From positions 14,059-78,058 of the forward strand of contig CAZXCN010000003.1 in assembly GCA_964639185.1 (NCBI GenBank): 64,000 bases of DNA, in the 5' to 3' direction. This stretch comes from an uncultured Candidatus Saccharibacteria bacterium (GTDB lineage Bacteria; Patescibacteriota; Minisyncoccia; Phycocordibacterales; UBA9973). The translations under genes and the position numbers were made by a program. Each line of letters begins with the position of its first letter. Positions within the stretch are counted from its first letter, which is position 1. The notes beneath the pieces were generated by a model, which worked only from the letters and a program-made list of their open reading frames with translations, searched no databases and had not been told where the DNA came from. Positions 9,464 through 19,720 of the stretch are shown one piece after another.

Positions 9464-10345
9464 ATGGCAAAAGCTAATAGCTCACTTGTTACATCTCCAC
9501 GCATAACAGAGATCAAGCGTAGAAAAAAGAAGCGAATACGATTTGCTATTATTTTTTATACCATATCAATTATTATAGTTTTTGTTGGTTTAGGATTCTT
9601 GTCTCGATTACCAAAAATAAGGATAACAAATATTGAAGTAAATGGTACACATATAGTAGACAGTACTCAAGTTATTGAAAATATAAAAGGTCATATAAGT
9701 GGCCGATATATTTATATGTTTGATCGTAATAATGCTTTCCTGTATCCAAAAAGAAATATTGAGCAGGATCTTGTCCATAAATTTCCTAGGATTAATAGCA
9801 TTGATATTTCTTTGAAAGGTTTTAATACTATAATAGTCACAATCGATGAGCGTACTGGATCATATTTATGGTGTGGCGCTAACATCCCAGCAGTTATAAC
9901 TGAATCTGGGGACAATTGTTATTTTATAAATTCAAATGGTGAAGTATTCGACAAAGCCCCGTATTTTTCAGGTAGTGTGTATTTTAAATTTTATGTACCA
10001 ATAGATGGCATGGAGGACCCATTGAATAAAATAATTTTAAATACAGAAACATTGCAGAAAGTTATAGCATTTGTCGATGGGTTAGAAGCTTTGGGTTTCG
10101 ATACTGTATCTGTGGTTATGGCTGACCCAGAGGCTTTTGCTTTTCACTTGGACCGCAAAGGTAATACAGCCGAGCCTGTGATTTATTTCAATAAAGAAAA
10201 TGACTTAAATAAAATATTTGAAAATTTAGCATCGGCGATGAGTAAAGATGAATTTAAAGATAATATAAATTCCAAATATAATAATTTAGATTATATTGAT
10301 TTACGTTTTAATAATAAAGTCTTATATAAATTCCGCAATGAATAA
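9464..10345 (+). CDS. FtsQ/DivIB-like POTRA membrane protein
   Basis: Basic N-terminus, single TM, ITNIEVNG POTRA-like segment, C-terminal YIDLRF. Confidence 0.7.
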   Translation: MAKANSSLVTSPRITEIKRRKKKRIRFAIIFYTISIIIVFVGLGFLSRLPKIRITNIEVNGTHIVDSTQVIENIKGHISGRYIYMFDRNNAFLYPKRNIEQDLVHKFPRINSIDISLKGFNTIIVTIDERTGSYLWCGANIPAVITESGDNCYFINSNGEVFDKAPYFSGSVYFKFYVPIDGMEDPLNKIILNTETLQKVIAFVDGLEALGFDTVSVVMADPEAFAFHLDRKGNTAEPVIYFNKENDLNKIFENLASAMSKDEFKDNINSKYNNLDYIDLRFNNKVLYKFRNE

Positions 10346-11432
10346 TTTTTGGGAAAAATTGCCTAAGCCTTTTTTTGCTCTTGCACCAATGGCCGATGTT
10401 ACAGATGCTGCCTTTAGGCGTATCATTACCAAATGCTCTCGTCATGGAGAAGTCGGTGGTGGGCCTGATGTTTTTTGGACAGAATTTGTATCAGCAGATG
10501 GGCTGATGAGCGCAGGTAGGGAAGTTCTAAAAAGGGATTTGGAATACAGTGTGGAAGAGAGCCCGATAGTGGCTCAATTATTTTCCTCGCATCCTGATCG
10601 CATGCGTGGTGCTGCTAAATTGTGTGCAGAATTAGGCTTTGATGGTATTGATATTAATATGGGGTGCCCTGATCGTAGTATCGAGAAGCAGGGCGCCGGT
10701 GCATGCATGATAAAGACTCCAGATATAGCAGGCCAAATAATTCAAGCTGTAAAAGATGGTATCAAAGATGCAGGACGCGATATACCAGTATCTGTAAAAA
10801 CTCGTGTTGGTTACAACACAGTACAAATCAATGAATGGATCCCTTTTCTTCTGTCACAAGACATTGCTACGTTGACTGTGCATGCTCGTACTCGTAAAGA
10901 AATGTCCAAGGTTCCTGCACGCTGGGAACATATAAGTGAAGTGGTGAAAATCCGTGACCGCATGGGTGTAAAAACAAAAATTATTGGTAATGGTGATGTG
11001 GTAGATATTGCGCATGGGTATACACTTGCAGAGCAAACTGGGTGTGATGGCATAATGATCGGTCGTGCAGTATTTGGTAATCCGTGGATATTTGACCATG
11101 ATAGAGTGGTTATAAAAAGACCAAAGAAAATGAATTTATTTTTGGCGAAAATCTTATCACGTAAAATGATGAAGAAATTGCAAGGCGCCGACCGCTATAC
11201 AGTTTCCGAAGTTCCAATAAAAGAAAAATTGCAAACTCTAGTAGAGCATACAAAATTGTACGATGAATTGCTTGGTGATATTAAAAGCTTCTCGATCATG
11301 AAGAAGCACTACAAGGCATATGTGAATGGTTTCGAAGGGGCTAAAGAATTAAGAGTTAAATTAATGGAAACAAATTCATCAAAAGAAGTAGAGGGTATAA
11401 TAAACGATTTTTTAAAATTTAATTATAAATAA
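10338..11432 (+). CDS. dus: tRNA-dihydrouridine synthase
   Basis: LAPMADVTD, DINMGCP, SVKTRVG, VHART, GNGD, MIGR. Confidence 0.92.
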   Translation: MNNFWEKLPKPFFALAPMADVTDAAFRRIITKCSRHGEVGGGPDVFWTEFVSADGLMSAGREVLKRDLEYSVEESPIVAQLFSSHPDRMRGAAKLCAELGFDGIDINMGCPDRSIEKQGAGACMIKTPDIAGQIIQAVKDGIKDAGRDIPVSVKTRVGYNTVQINEWIPFLLSQDIATLTVHARTRKEMSKVPARWEHISEVVKIRDRMGVKTKIIGNGDVVDIAHGYTLAEQTGCDGIMIGRAVFGNPWIFDHDRVVIKRPKKMNLFLAKILSRKMMKKLQGADRYTVSEVPIKEKLQTLVEHTKLYDELLGDIKSFSIMKKHYKAYVNGFEGAKELRVKLMETNSSKEVEGIINDFLKFNYK

Positions 11433-11469
11433 AAAAAACCGACATTTTTATTTAATATCGGTTTTTTTT
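11431..11469. terminator. Probable bidirectional intrinsic terminator
   Basis: A8-CCGA...TCGG-T8 between convergent genes. Confidence 0.6.
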
Positions 11470-11482
11470 GTTTTTTACTTTT

Positions 11483-11677
11483 TTATAAAGCTTCTTTTTT
11501 GTTTCGTATTTTATTGTAAAGTCTTTTTAAAAAACTTGGTTCCTCTGTGTCTTCATTTATTTCCTCTTCTTTAGATTTTATTTTTGGAGGGTTTTTGTGC
11601 GATAAATGATAGTCATTTTCTTCTTTTGGTGGTGAGTAAACTCCATTTACCCCTTCCACAAATTTTTCTTTTTTCAT
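11483..11677 (-). CDS. Small orphan protein, 64 aa
   Basis: ATG ORF filling the gap, convergent on the terminator; Lys/Glu rich. Confidence 0.5.
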   Translation of the reverse strand: MKKEKFVEGVNGVYSPPKEENDYHLSHKNPPKIKSKEEEINEDTEEPSFLKRLYNKIRNKKEAL

Positions 11678-11793
11678 GAGTTTACTATTTTTATATATGG
11701 TGACATATTAAGATTATATGTCAATCTTATAAATCGTAAATGATAGAGAGTGGTATATTGTGCCAGTATTATTTTATTTGCTATACTAAACAT

Positions 11794-12858
11794 ATGAAAA
11801 AGGAAAAAGATTCAAAAACAATGTCTCATATTGCTTTATATCGTAAATATAGACCAAAGGATTTTACCGAAGTTATAGGTCAGGACCATATAGTAAAGGC
11901 TATAGAAGGTGCTTTGAAGTCTGGCAAGGTTTCGCATGCTTATTTATTGTCAGGGCCACGTGGTACAGGCAAGACAACAATCGCTCGTATTATCGCCAAT
12001 GCATTAGGCACATCAGCAAGTGACATATACGAGATGGATGGTGCTTCAAATCGTAAAATCGAGGATGCCCGTGATATAAAAGAAAATGTTCGAACATTAC
12101 CTTTTGATTCTAAATACAAAGTTTATATACTCGACGAAGTTCACATGCTAACAAAAGAAGCATGGAATGCACTACTCAAGACTATTGAAGAGCCACCCGA
12201 GCATGCCATATTTATCCTAGCAACAACCGAGATAGAGAAAGTGCCTGAAACAATAGTCTCACGCTGTCAGACATTTGTATTCAAGAAGCCGACCGATACA
12301 ATACTTGCAAACGTGGTTACAAATATAGGGAAGAATGAAGGATATACGATTATGGAAGGTGGTGCTGAATTAATAGCACTATTAGGTGATGGGTCATTCC
12401 GAGATACTATTTCTACTTTAGATAAAGTTGTATCTTTTGCAAAAACAAACAAGATCACTTTGCAAGATATTGTGGAGGTGACAGGTGCACCAGAGGTGAG
12501 CTTGGTAAAGGATTTTATAACTTCATTAGCCGAATCAGATATTGAAAAAGGTTATGCCACAATACACCAAGCTGTCGAGCAAAATATCGAAATGAAAATT
12601 TACATAAAAATGATATTATCGATGCTACGTCATGCATTGATGTTGCGCTATGCGCCGAGCATGAAGTCTAAGATATCAGATTCTTTATCTGAAGTTGATA
12701 TGGAATTTTTAGTAGACATAGTGTCAAAGAAGCCTGAGCATATTTCGTCTAGAACTTTATTGATATTGCTTGATTCATATCAATCATTGCGATATTCATT
12801 TATATCTGAACTTCCACTCGAGCTTGCCCTTGTGAATATCTTAAACAATGAAAAATAA
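11794..12858 (+). CDS. dnaX: DNA polymerase III gamma/tau, short form
   Basis: ALYRKYRP, GPRGTGKT, DEVHML, SRC. Confidence 0.94.
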   Translation: MKKEKDSKTMSHIALYRKYRPKDFTEVIGQDHIVKAIEGALKSGKVSHAYLLSGPRGTGKTTIARIIANALGTSASDIYEMDGASNRKIEDARDIKENVRTLPFDSKYKVYILDEVHMLTKEAWNALLKTIEEPPEHAIFILATTEIEKVPETIVSRCQTFVFKKPTDTILANVVTNIGKNEGYTIMEGGAELIALLGDGSFRDTISTLDKVVSFAKTNKITLQDIVEVTGAPEVSLVKDFITSLAESDIEKGYATIHQAVEQNIEMKIYIKMILSMLRHALMLRYAPSMKSKISDSLSEVDMEFLVDIVSKKPEHISSRTLLILLDSYQSLRYSFISELPLELALVNILNNEK

Positions 12859-14098
12859 AAATTCTAATATATATGATGTAATCATTATGGGTGGTGGAGC
12901 TTCAGGCATGATGGCTGGTGCTGTGGCTTCATCATTGGGTAAGAGTGTTTTAATAATAGAAAAGAATCGAGGCCTAGGTGAGAAGTTGAAAATCACTGGT
13001 GGAGGCAGGTGTAATATTACTAATGCTGAAGAGGATTTGCGTGTTTTGATGAAGTTCTATGGCAAAGCCGAGCCATTCCTATATTCTGCATTTGCTCGTT
13101 TTGATAATAAAGATACTTTTAAATATTTTACTGATCGTGGTTTGCCTCTTGTGGTTCAAGCACGCAAGCGCGCATTTCCACATACTGAAAAAGCTTCTGA
13201 TGTATACAATGTATTGAAGAAGGAGCTAGAAAAAGGGGGAGTGGAAACAATACTAGGTGCAAGTGTATTAAGTATTGATGCTGATGGTAATAAAATAAAA
13301 AGTATAAATACAATAAAAGGTAGCTATGTTGCCAAATCATATATATTGGCAACAGGTGGTATGTCGCACCCAGAAACTGGCGCAACAGGGGACGGATTTA
13401 CATTTCTAAAACAACTTGGGCATTCTATAAAAGAACCAACACCTTCGATAGTACCACTTGAGGTGTCTGACAAATGGGTGCACGAACTCGCTGGAGTATC
13501 TTTGTCATTTATGAAGATAACATTTTTTATGGAGGACAAAAAAGCTTTTAGTAAAACGGGTAAAGTTTTGTTTACTCATTTTGGGCTTTCTGGTCCATTG
13601 ATATTGAATTCGGCAAGTAAAGTTGGTGACTTGTTGCAAAGTGGCCGTGTCACTGCATTTATCGATGCCTACCCAGATACAAACCACGGAGCACTTGCTG
13701 ATAAAATAATAAAGATATTTGATGCAAATAAAAATAAATCTTTAAAAACTGTTTTCAAAGATATAGTTCCTGAAGGAACAGCGAAAGCTTTGCAGAAAGT
13801 TTTCCCTAATATCGATTTCGAGACCAAAGTACACAGTGTTACAAAAGATATGCGCAAAGATATTGTTCATAAATTAAAAGCACTGCCTATTAATATTACG
13901 AACCTTATGGGTTACGATCGTGCTGTGGTGGCTGATGGTGGTGTGTATTTAAAAGAGGTGGACATGAGAACAATGCAATCCCAACTTTATGACAATTTAT
14001 ACATCACTGGTGACTTGTTGAATATTAACCGCCCTTCGGGTGGATACGGCCTTCAGCTGTGTTGGACTACTGGATTTATTGCTGGAACGGAAGCTTAG
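12848..14098 (+). CDS. HI0933/YhiN family flavoprotein
   Basis: GGGASG, KLKITGGGRCNITN, ATGG, LFTHFGLSGP, GGYGLQ. Confidence 0.9.
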   Translation: MKNKNSNIYDVIIMGGGASGMMAGAVASSLGKSVLIIEKNRGLGEKLKITGGGRCNITNAEEDLRVLMKFYGKAEPFLYSAFARFDNKDTFKYFTDRGLPLVVQARKRAFPHTEKASDVYNVLKKELEKGGVETILGASVLSIDADGNKIKSINTIKGSYVAKSYILATGGMSHPETGATGDGFTFLKQLGHSIKEPTPSIVPLEVSDKWVHELAGVSLSFMKITFFMEDKKAFSKTGKVLFTHFGLSGPLILNSASKVGDLLQSGRVTAFIDAYPDTNHGALADKIIKIFDANKNKSLKTVFKDIVPEGTAKALQKVFPNIDFETKVHSVTKDMRKDIVHKLKALPINITNLMGYDRAVVADGGVYLKEVDMRTMQSQLYDNLYITGDLLNINRPSGGYGLQLCWTTGFIAGTEA

Positions 14099-14144
14099 CT
14101 TGAAAAATAGTCATTTTTAAGGTATTCTGTTAGTGTTTATATAT

Positions 14145-14215
14145 TGGGATATCGTCTAATGGTAGGACAGGGGCCTTTGAAGCCCTTAATCGAGGTTCGA
14201 ATCCTTGTATCCCAG
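14145..14215 (+). tRNA. tRNA-Gln(TTG)
   Basis: TGGGATA/TATCCCA acceptor, GGGGC-CTTTGAA-GCCCT anticodon arm, GTTCGAATC. Confidence 0.95.
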
Positions 14216-14237
14216 CAAAAAATGCTATAATTACTTT

Positions 14238-15248
14238 ATGTCAATATCAAATTTTGAAAACCGATTCTTCTTTATATTATCTGGGATAATATTGGTTGTA
14301 GCTTTATTAATCATCAAGCCATTCTTTTCAGTATTGGTTATTAGTATCGCAATGGCTGTTATATTTGAACCTGTGCATAGGTGGCTACGTAGCAATGTGT
14401 GTGGTGGAATAAATTGGCTGTCGGCATTACTTAGTGTAATTATCGGTCTTGTTATTATTGTTACGCCTATGGTTTTTATTGGTAAAACACTTTTTAATGA
14501 ATCTCAGAATTTATACCAAGTAGTAAATAATGATGGGGATACTAGCTATGTAAAATCTATATCTGATTCTATCAATGGTTTTTTGCCAAAGAATTTCAAA
14601 ATCCCTGATACTGAGATCAAAACATTGGTTGCTAAATTTTCAGATAGTATCGGATCAATGTTTACAAAGACTATATCAACTTTATTCTCATTCTTGTTAG
14701 TGATTATTGCTTTCTTCTATTTCTTGAAAGACGGTAAGCAATTTAGCGATTCATTAGTAAGCCTAAGTCCACTTTCTGATTCACACAATAGAGCTTTATT
14801 GAAAAAAGTACAAATTGTTATCAATGGTGTTTTGAAAGGATATTTCCTTGTGGGCCTTGTGCAGGGTGCATTGCTCGGACTTGGATTTTGGATATTTGGA
14901 GTCCCTTCACCAGTATTGTGGGGTACTATGGCAGCATTTGCATCTCTCGTACCAACTATCGGAACAGCTTTTGTATCTTTGCCTGGTATTATTTATTTAT
15001 TTATTACAGGGGCGACTAATCCAGCTATTGGTCTGATTATATGGTCAGTATTAATAGTAGGTTTGGTAGATAATTTGCTCAATCCACTAGTAGTAGGTAA
15101 AAAGATTAATGTTCCACCATTATTTATTTTATTCTCTGTATTAGGTGGAATATCATTATTTGGAATTATCGGTGTACTGATTGGACCTATTGTTGTTGGT
15201 TTGTTGTATGAATTAGTAACACTGTATCGCGAGAAATTTTCTGCATAA
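14238..15248 (+). CDS. AI-2E family transporter
   Basis: Multi-TM, FFYFLKDG, VDNLLNP, LFGIIGVLIGP. Start moved to ATG 14238 because the longer ORF overlaps the tRNA. Confidence 0.88.
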   Translation: MSISNFENRFFFILSGIILVVALLIIKPFFSVLVISIAMAVIFEPVHRWLRSNVCGGINWLSALLSVIIGLVIIVTPMVFIGKTLFNESQNLYQVVNNDGDTSYVKSISDSINGFLPKNFKIPDTEIKTLVAKFSDSIGSMFTKTISTLFSFLLVIIAFFYFLKDGKQFSDSLVSLSPLSDSHNRALLKKVQIVINGVLKGYFLVGLVQGALLGLGFWIFGVPSPVLWGTMAAFASLVPTIGTAFVSLPGIIYLFITGATNPAIGLIIWSVLIVGLVDNLLNPLVVGKKINVPPLFILFSVLGGISLFGIIGVLIGPIVVGLLYELVTLYREKFSA

Positions 15249-15253
15249 ATAAA

Positions 15254-16663
15254 ATGCTTGAAACTACACAAAAAAAATTATCTACTGTATTGCAAGGTGT
15301 AGAAATATATAAAACAATCGGTGATATCGATGTGTTAGTTAATAGTGTGTCGCTTGATTCACGTAATATGATTGTGGGTGCATTGTATGTAGCTATTGTT
15401 GGGCATGTTACTGACGGACATTTGTATATCAATGATTGTATTGCCAAGGGGGCAAAGGTAATAGTTCACGAAAGTGATGTCCAAGATATAAAAGAAGGTG
15501 TGACATATGTACAAGTTGCCGACAGTCACAAGGCAGTGGGGCAGATAGCTTGTAACTTTTACGACAATCCATCTACCAAGTTTAAACTAGTAGGTATTAC
15601 AGGTACTAATGGTAAAACGACTACAACAACACTGCTTTATAATTTATTCCAAAAGCTCGGATTTAATGTGGGTATGATAGGTACTGTTGTGAACAAGATC
15701 AATGATGATTCACTCGAAGCAGTACGCACTACACCTGATGCTGTTACTCTACAGAAACTTTTTGCCAGTATGGTAGATGCACGTTGCGAATATGTATTTA
15801 TGGAAGTTTCCTCACACGCAGTTAATGAGGGTCGCTTGCAAAATGTATCTTTCGCCGGAGGGGTATTTACAAACCTGACTCATGACCACTTGGACTATCA
15901 TGGAACTTTTGAAAATTATCGTGACGCAAAGAAAGAATTCTTTACCATGTTACCTGCAAATGCTTTTGCTATTACTAATAGTGATGATGCTAATGGTATA
16001 TATATGGTGGATAACACCAAGGCTTCGACTTTTACATACGGGTTCCGTAATCCAGCAGACTTTAGTCAAAAGTTAGTGAGTAAATTAGTAGGGGAATTCA
16101 ATGCTTATAATATACTTGCTGTATACACAACAGCCATTACTTTAAAGCAAGATCCTGCTGTAGTAAAAGAATTTATAAAGTTTATCGATGGTGCCCCCGG
16201 ACGCTTTGAATCATTTACTAGTCCGATTGGTACAGTAGGTATTGTAGACTATGCTCATACACCCGATGCAGTGGAGAATGTTTTGAATACTGTCCGCGCT
16301 ATGTCAGGTGGCCAGGTGATCACTGTTATTGGTTGTGGTGGTGACAGGGATAAAACAAAGAGGCCTACAATGGCACGTATAGCATATGATATGAGCGATA
16401 TTGTGATACTAACTTCTGATAACCCAAGGAGTGAAAAGCCGGAGGATGTAATAAATGAAATGCAGGGTGGTATTGCAGATATTGATAACAATAAATTGTA
16501 TACTATAGTAGATAGGCGCGATGCTATTGCGAAGGCGTGTGATATTGCAAAACAAGGCGACTATATAGTGGTGTTGGGTAAAGGCCACGAGGATTACCAA
16601 GAGGTAAATGGTGTTAAAACACATTTCTCTGATATGGAAGAGTTAAAGAAATTTATAAAATAG
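15254..16663 (+). CDS. murE: UDP-MurNAc-Ala-Glu:meso-DAP ligase
   Basis: GITGTNGKTT, MEVSSH, DHLDYH, DYAHTPD, DNPR. Confidence 0.95.
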   Translation: MLETTQKKLSTVLQGVEIYKTIGDIDVLVNSVSLDSRNMIVGALYVAIVGHVTDGHLYINDCIAKGAKVIVHESDVQDIKEGVTYVQVADSHKAVGQIACNFYDNPSTKFKLVGITGTNGKTTTTTLLYNLFQKLGFNVGMIGTVVNKINDDSLEAVRTTPDAVTLQKLFASMVDARCEYVFMEVSSHAVNEGRLQNVSFAGGVFTNLTHDHLDYHGTFENYRDAKKEFFTMLPANAFAITNSDDANGIYMVDNTKASTFTYGFRNPADFSQKLVSKLVGEFNAYNILAVYTTAITLKQDPAVVKEFIKFIDGAPGRFESFTSPIGTVGIVDYAHTPDAVENVLNTVRAMSGGQVITVIGCGGDRDKTKRPTMARIAYDMSDIVILTSDNPRSEKPEDVINEMQGGIADIDNNKLYTIVDRRDAIAKACDIAKQGDYIVVLGKGHEDYQEVNGVKTHFSDMEELKKFIK

Positions 16664-16677
16664 TGTATATTTTTAAA

Positions 16678-18015
16678 GTGATTGATTACAAAAAATATTT
16701 CAAAGGTAAGAAGATAACCATCATGGGGTTGGGGGTTCTTGGGCGTGGACTTGGCTATACCAAGTTCTTGGCAGAATGCGGCGCTGAATTGATAGTGACA
16801 GATATGAAGACAAAGGAACAATTGGCAAGTTCTATAAAAGAACTTAAAAAATATAAAAATATTGAATGGGTATTAGGTGAACATAGAATGCAGGATTTCA
16901 AGAACGTAGACATGGTTATAAAGAATCCGGGGATTCCTGCTGGCTCTATTTATATAAAAGAAGCTCGCAAGAATAAGATCCCTGTAGAGATGGATGCATC
17001 GCTTTTTGCAAAGCTTGCACCCGAGGTAACACTCGTAGGTGTGACAGGTACTAGGGGCAAGACTATGACTACGATGCTAATATACGAAATACTTAAGAGT
17101 GCAAAAAAGCGAGTTTTTTTGGGTGGTAATATTCGTGGTATTGCAACACTGCCACTACTTGCAAAAGTGAAGAAGGGTGACTTGGTGGTGATGGAGCTCG
17201 ACTCTTGGCAATGTGCTGGATTCGGTGAAGCCAAAATTTCCCCACATATTGCTGTATTCACTACATTTATGCGTGACCATATGAACTATTACGCTGGTAG
17301 TATGAAGAAATATTTTGTAGACAAGGCCAATATCTTTAAATATCAAAAGAAGGGTGACATGCTAATAATACGACCCGAGATGAAGAAGCTAATTCCAAAA
17401 GGTGCAGCTTGTAAATTAGTGGTGGCTAATAGCAAGAACGTTGCCGATGTGGATTTCACAATTCCTGGAACTCACCAACTTGCAAACTTGGCTTGTGCTG
17501 TTGAGGCAGTGAAAGCTTTGGGTGTATCAGATACAATAATCAAGAAAGCCGTGAAAAATTTCAAAGGAGTAGAAGGGCGTCTTCAATATATGAAGACTGT
17601 AAAAGGGGTAAAGATCTACAACGATAACAATGCCACAACTCCAGAGGCAACAATGGTGGGTATCGAAGCATTATCTTTCAAAAAGAATATTGTATTGATA
17701 TGTGGTGGTAGTGATAAGAATATAGAAACAAAGTCACTTGTGAATGCAATAAATAAATATACAAAGGCCGTGGTATTGTTGCCTGGAAGTGGAACAGATA
17801 AATTGGTAAGTAGTATGCAGAAAGTAGTGAGTAGTAAGGGAAATACAGAATTAATAAATGCGAAGGATCTGAAAGATGCGGTGGGGAAGGCGGTGAAGAG
17901 TGCAGTGAAGGGGGATACAATATTATTCTCGCCAGCATTTGCATCGTTTGGAATGTTTACGAATGAATATGACCGCAACGACCAATTTGTAAAGATAATA
18001 AAAGGGTTGAAATAA
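16678..18015 (+). CDS. murD: UDP-MurNAc-Ala:D-Glu ligase
   Basis: MGLG, VTGTRGK, ELDSWQ, YNDNNATT, FSPAFASF. GTG start uncertain (16663 or 16678). Confidence 0.92.
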   Translation: MIDYKKYFKGKKITIMGLGVLGRGLGYTKFLAECGAELIVTDMKTKEQLASSIKELKKYKNIEWVLGEHRMQDFKNVDMVIKNPGIPAGSIYIKEARKNKIPVEMDASLFAKLAPEVTLVGVTGTRGKTMTTMLIYEILKSAKKRVFLGGNIRGIATLPLLAKVKKGDLVVMELDSWQCAGFGEAKISPHIAVFTTFMRDHMNYYAGSMKKYFVDKANIFKYQKKGDMLIIRPEMKKLIPKGAACKLVVANSKNVADVDFTIPGTHQLANLACAVEAVKALGVSDTIIKKAVKNFKGVEGRLQYMKTVKGVKIYNDNNATTPEATMVGIEALSFKKNIVLICGGSDKNIETKSLVNAINKYTKAVVLLPGSGTDKLVSSMQKVVSSKGNTELINAKDLKDAVGKAVKSAVKGDTILFSPAFASFGMFTNEYDRNDQFVKIIKGLK

Positions 18016-18019
18016 ATAT

Positions 18020-18598
18020 ATGCTTCCGGAATATTTAAATTTTTTAACACCTATCGTTGCTATTATTGCTAGCTATTTATATATAAAAAGTATAGTAAAA
18101 GGCGACACAATTCCCAACAAGGTTGGATGGTTTATTTGGTTATTAGCACCACTAGTTTCGTCCTTTATAATTTTGCAAAATGGTGGAGGATTTTCTGCTA
18201 TACCGGTTTTTATGTCTTGGATTATTCCACTTATTGTCCTGATTGCATCATACAAGATTAAAACAAAAATAAAAATAAATAAGTTAGATATTGTATGTTT
18301 TATAAGTGCACTCATTGCTATGTATTTTTGGCTCATTGCTAAAAATATTTATAATGCAACTGTATTTGCAATAATTGCAGATGGGTTCGGTTTTATACCA
18401 ACTATTTATAAAACTATAAAAAACCCAGGAACCGAAAAACCTTGGCCGTATATCGCTGGAATTTTTAATGCGAGCATTGCTATCCTAACACTGCATAATT
18501 TTGCATTTCATTTATTTGCTTTCCCTTTTTATTTATTGATTGGTAATGTTATATTGATTAGTGTGATATATTTTACTAATTTTAAGAGAGTTGAATAA
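18020..18598 (+). CDS. Hypothetical multi-pass membrane protein
   Basis: About 7 hydrophobic segments; IPTIYKT..PGTE motif. Confidence 0.75.
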   Translation: MLPEYLNFLTPIVAIIASYLYIKSIVKGDTIPNKVGWFIWLLAPLVSSFIILQNGGGFSAIPVFMSWIIPLIVLIASYKIKTKIKINKLDIVCFISALIAMYFWLIAKNIYNATVFAIIADGFGFIPTIYKTIKNPGTEKPWPYIAGIFNASIAILTLHNFAFHLFAFPFYLLIGNVILISVIYFTNFKRVE

Positions 18599-18599
18599 C

Positions 18600-19184
18600 A
18601 TGGAAGATAAAATATTAAAATTTAAAGATATTGTAATAAAAAACTTCTCCAGAGAAGATTTTCAATATCATGAATGGATGGGGGAATATCATCTTGAAAT
18701 TGTAGAGAGGATTGCAATGGAACTTTGTGATTTTTATACAGTAGCAGATAGAAACATCGTGCAAGCAATGGTGTGGTTCCATGATTTCGGTAAACCTTTT
18801 AATGAAGAAAGAGAAAGAGAAATAACTCTTGAAAAAGGGCCGGAAGCCATGCTTAATTGTGGATTTTCAAAGGATTTCATTGATAAGGTTATTGAGTATT
18901 GGAAGTTAATGGAATCGAAAAATGAAATAGATATAAAAGATACACCGATAGAAGTACAAATAGTGTCTTCATCAGATGGAGCTTCGCATTTTGTAGGGGT
19001 TTTCTACCCTAGTTATTTTGGAGATGGTAATGATTTTAAGAATACACAAAAAAATCTTCAAAAAAAGATTGAACAAGATTGGAATAGAAAAATGGTTTTA
19101 CCTGAGATACGTAACGCTTTTGAAGGTAGATACAAAAAGGCTAAAGAATTATTAGGAGAATTTCCAGATAATTTTTTAAAATAA
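18600..19184 (+). CDS. HD-domain phosphohydrolase-like protein
   Basis: H...WFHDFGK...SDGASH. Start at MEDKIL. Confidence 0.7.
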   Translation: MEDKILKFKDIVIKNFSREDFQYHEWMGEYHLEIVERIAMELCDFYTVADRNIVQAMVWFHDFGKPFNEEREREITLEKGPEAMLNCGFSKDFIDKVIEYWKLMESKNEIDIKDTPIEVQIVSSSDGASHFVGVFYPSYFGDGNDFKNTQKNLQKKIEQDWNRKMVLPEIRNAFEGRYKKAKELLGEFPDNFLK

Positions 19185-19188
19185 TAAT

Positions 19189-19719
19189 ATGAAAATATAT
19201 ATAATAAGACATGGGCAGACAGAATTTAATAAGGCTGGGTTGATTAATGGGAATATTGATTCTGATCTAACTGAAACTGGTATAGAGCAAGCAAAACTTG
19301 CGGCTGATTTTATACCAAAAACTATAAAGCGTATGTATGTATCTTCGCTTGGTAGGGCAAAAAAGACAGCTGAAATTTTAAATGAATATTTAAATGCTTC
19401 ATTAAGTTTTCATGATGAATTAAAAGAAGTACACTTTGGTAAATTGGAAGGTACACCTTTTTTGGAAGAATATAAGAAGAGACACAGAATGCTAGATTAT
19501 GATTGGGGTTCATATGGAGGTGAAGATTTTAATAAAGTTAAATCTAGAGTTTTAAAAGTTTTGGAAAAAATTAAAGAGGAAAATGAGGATGGCGAGGCTC
19601 TAATTGTTGCCCACGGTGGTATTATTAGGTTAATGCACTTCCTTGAATTTGGAGATGAATTAAAGGAAATAGAAAATACCTCTTTACATAGCTTTGATTT
19701 AGATAAAATTTTAAAATAA
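19189..19719 (+). CDS. Histidine phosphatase family protein
   Basis: RHGQT, SSLGRA, LKEVHFG, VAHGG. Confidence 0.9.
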   Translation: MKIYIIRHGQTEFNKAGLINGNIDSDLTETGIEQAKLAADFIPKTIKRMYVSSLGRAKKTAEILNEYLNASLSFHDELKEVHFGKLEGTPFLEEYKKRHRMLDYDWGSYGGEDFNKVKSRVLKVLEKIKEENEDGEALIVAHGGIIRLMHFLEFGDELKEIENTSLHSFDLDKILK

Positions 19720-19720
19720 T

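Noticed and set aside
11794-12858. Short dnaX as a pseudogene or frameshift product
   Set aside because: Clamp-loader domains are complete and the next gene overlaps the stop; no downstream tau frame is seen.
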